Below are positions 25,454 through 27,743 of a stretch of DNA of 27,743 bases, one piece after another. Numbering within the stretch: the stretch's first letter is position 1; each line of letters opens with the position of its first letter. Origin of the DNA: an uncultured archaeon (lineage in GTDB: Archaea; Asgardarchaeota; Hermodarchaeia; Hermodarchaeales; Hermodarchaeaceae); NCBI GenBank assembly GCA_964347045.1, contig CAYFXC010000025.1, positions 1-27,743 on the forward strand. The letters run 5' to 3'. The translations under genes were made by a program, and so were the position numbers. The notes beneath the pieces were generated by a model. It saw only the letters and a list, made by a program, of their open reading frames with translations, did not search any database and had not been told where the DNA came from.

Positions 25454-26176
25454 TTGGAAGAGAAAATATTGAGTGTCAACGGATCACAGAAACCTCCTGA
25501 AAATAGTGTAGAGACATTTTCTGAAAAGGAATCTGACCGTCTTGACCGCCTAGAAAAAACCTTCACACTATTTATCACCGTGCTTGTCATCAGCCAATCT
25601 ATCTATTTGGCTATGTCCCAGTCCATCTATGGACCTAGTGTGGATTTGCGCCTTCTTCTTCGCCCTACATTTGCTCCTTTGGTTATAGGGATTGCATTTT
25701 GGGCAATTGGACAGATGTCACCTCGTGATAATATCCGAACTAACCTTATGGCTCTAGCTTGGACACCTGTTCTTCACACGGCTATCTATTATACGATAGG
25801 AGGCTTCCTTGCAGTGACTTTTCTCGACTTTGCCTTTATAATAGTTCCCGCTGATTTCGGAGTCATCTTTGCATTTCTATTTGCCCCCTATCAGTCTGAA
25901 GTTTTAATCACAATTTATGATCGTAAAGCTAAAGCTGACAAAAAACCGCTTTACCATCGATCGAAACTACTGATTCAAATATGGTCACGCGTATTGATGA
26001 TACTATTCACATTGACTGTCTGGGCACCTTACTTCCGATTATGGAGCTGGGGATTATTATGGTTTGGTCCTGAATTTGGTCCATGGATAGGGCTCAGTTG
26101 TCTAATGATTACGGGACTAATTGTATCATTTTTGCCCCAAGTATATTCAACGCTAAGAACGAGAATACCCAAATAA
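25454..26176 (+). CDS. Polytopic membrane protein of unknown function
   Basis: About six hydrophobic segments; start uncertain. Confidence 0.7.
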   Translation: MEEKILSVNGSQKPPENSVETFSEKESDRLDRLEKTFTLFITVLVISQSIYLAMSQSIYGPSVDLRLLLRPTFAPLVIGIAFWAIGQMSPRDNIRTNLMALAWTPVLHTAIYYTIGGFLAVTFLDFAFIIVPADFGVIFAFLFAPYQSEVLITIYDRKAKADKKPLYHRSKLLIQIWSRVLMILFTLTVWAPYFRLWSWGLLWFGPEFGPWIGLSCLMITGLIVSFLPQVYSTLRTRIPK

Positions 26177-26248
26177 CGCAAACAAACCTGTTGTAATTTT
26201 CAAAACAATCTCTATGTTTCCTAATATCATTGTGACTTGATAATGAAG

Positions 26249-26761
26249 TCACTTCTCTTCTCGTCGGTGCCAGTCGCCCTTGATTGCACTGAGATGCCCG
26301 TTATGATGATTCAAGTGGACGAATGTATCAGCAATCGCATCGATGACACGCATACCTTGGTAGTACTGAGGAACATCAGTTCCTTTGAGTATACGTCTCA
26401 GTTCTTCCTCGGACGCATGCTCAAACCATGTAAGAAAATCTTGCTCAGCTGAATCAAAGTAGTCATTAATCTCTTGGACGGAGGTTCCTTTCCAGTCTCC
26501 CTTGTCACTACTATCACCTCTGTATGAGTAGAAGAGATCTGGATTCTTGGGGGGCTTGCCTTTGATTAGCATGTTCAAGGTATAGTCATAAGCCGCAGCC
26601 TGATGGGCGAGGAGCCATCCCATAGATGACATCCCGGTTTTAGGTCGATAGGATAGATCACTGCATCCTTTCTCTTGGAGGTTTCGAAAAACCCTTTCGC
26701 GCCACGCTCTCGTGGATGCGGCCAGACTTTTAACCAGTTCTACGACCAACATTTCTATCAA
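26249..26761 (-). CDS. DinB/YfiT-superfamily four-helix metalloprotein (thiol S-transferase-like)
   Basis: S.GWLLAH and H..HH.GH His triad. Confidence 0.85.
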   Translation of the reverse strand: MIEMLVVELVKSLAASTRAWRERVFRNLQEKGCSDLSYRPKTGMSSMGWLLAHQAAAYDYTLNMLIKGKPPKNPDLFYSYRGDSSDKGDWKGTSVQEINDYFDSAEQDFLTWFEHASEEELRRILKGTDVPQYYQGMRVIDAIADTFVHLNHHNGHLSAIKGDWHRREEK

Positions 26762-26921
26762 CCCTTTCCCTAAGCCGTTTCATTTTATATATTGGCAACA
26801 AAGCACAACACATCTATCTTGTGGGAGTAATTCTGCTGTAAAATTCTGCATCTTAAAGTCATGAATGTGCTCAATGCTTAGAAAGTGAATATCCATATAT
26901 CGCTAAAAAAGCCTGAATAAA

Positions 26922-26963
26922 TGCAAGAAAAAGAAAGTGATGGTCGTAAACCTTAGAAATATC
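26922..26963 (+). repeat. Direct repeat copy 2
   Basis: TGCAAGAAAAAGAAAGTGATGGTCGTAAACCTTAGAAATATC. Confidence 0.75.
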
Positions 26964-26988
26964 GGATAAGGAACCCGGGTCAATTGAA

Positions 26989-27743
26989 TTAGGAGATGTG
27001 AACACGTTTTCGATGGCGTTTTTTTCGATAAATCAGGCTAATTCCAAGGCAAAGAGCTAATCCCAATAGCAGAGCGTCAAATGGAAATCCCGGAATAACT
27101 GGTAGAGTCGGGGGTGGTGTAATAACGGGGATTTGGATTTCTATAGATTCGATATTACTCCATTGGCTGGGAGTTTCCTCATTATCGATGGCGCGAACTC
27201 GGAAATAGTAAATACCTTCAGCTAATCCCGTCGCTTGAATTATGGTTGTAGTGAGGTTGTGAGAATCGAGAATTGTGATAAAAGTGCTGGATAGACTTAT
27301 CTGGAGTTGATAGTGGTCAATGTTGCCATCGAAATCGGTGCTAGGTGACCAGCTAATTGTGACATTCCCATCATCATCGATGGTCCCTGGGTTGTTAAGG
27401 ATTGGAGTCGTTGGTGGTTGATTAGGGATAAGCACAATAATAGATTCCTGGTTACTCCAAGAGCTCGTATCATTGTGGTCATCAATGGCGCGGACATGGA
27501 AGTAATAGGAACCATCAGATAGACCCATGATGGCTTGATTAGTGGCACTGGTGTTCCATTCATTTAGTATAACGAGGAAGCTGCTAGAATTACTCATTTG
27601 AAGTTGATATGATACGGGTTGTCCCTCGGGATCCGTACTGGTACTCCATGTAACTGTGAAACTGCCATCACTATCAGTGGTGCCGGGATCGGTAAGGGTG
27701 GGCATGGTTGGTGGTTGATTGGCTATGGTGAAGCTGTAAACAA
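26989..27743 (-). CDS. 3' part of a fibronectin type III repeat surface protein with PGF-CTERM-like anchor (continues past the right edge)
   Basis: Two 99-aa repeats (NQPPT..P.L..PG..D.DG...W..STD...YQLQ...YYF.VRAID...WSN); PPPTLPVIPGFP-TM-basic tail; frame open to the edge. Confidence 0.9.
   Translation of the reverse strand, partial: VYSFTIANQPPTMPTLTDPGTTDSDGSFTVTWSTSTDPEGQPVSYQLQMSNSSSFLVILNEWNTSATNQAIMGLSDGSYYFHVRAIDDHNDTSSWSNQESIIVLIPNQPPTTPILNNPGTIDDDGNVTISWSPSTDFDGNIDHYQLQISLSSTFITILDSHNLTTTIIQATGLAEGIYYFRVRAIDNEETPSQWSNIESIEIQIPVITPPPTLPVIPGFPFDALLLGLALCLGISLIYRKKRHRKRVHIS

Noticed and set aside
26170-26250. Integron attC site between the genes in the repeat-flanked block
   Set aside because: No convincing RYYYAAC/GTTRRRY pair or imperfect palindrome, and no integrase
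1-27743. CRISPR array, tRNA, rRNA or intact IS element
   Set aside because: No regularly spaced repeats, cloverleaf, rRNA signature or transposase ORF seen by eye

Overview
Archaeal chromosomal segment, most likely an Asgard archaeon (inference from a Rab-like GTPase without a prenylation motif, IPGFP-TM-basic sorting tails, a PIP-box DinB, an archaeal PDO/TrxR pair, and GGTGA/GAGGTG Shine-Dalgarno sites). It holds about 30 stress, redox and housekeeping genes: MerB-like lyase, CspA, TPR protein, two paralogous tandem GNATs, DinB, WrbA, ATP-cone/PD-(D/E)XK nuclease, a split radical SAM/SPASM gene, M24 hydrolase, deacetylase plus ATP-grasp-HAD fusion, PDO-TrxB-IlvC, AmrS, two regulators, a QueG/RdhA-like Fe-S protein and an FN3 surface protein. 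Several genes are disrupted or remnant. I found no rRNA, tRNA, CRISPR array or intact transposase. The most unusual signal is a roughly 530-nt minus-strand locus (about 20130-20660) that folds by hand into many hairpins and two three-way junctions, with G-U pairs only on the minus strand. It carries a 37-aa SD-led small ORF and lies under four helically phased TGTCA repeats shared with a divergent winged-helix regulator. Other leads are a duplicated CCGTC-N4-GACGG operator, structured leader and trailer regions around cspA, and a direct repeat bracketing a 1.6-kb two-gene block. All protein calls come from motif recognition by eye; no searches were run.
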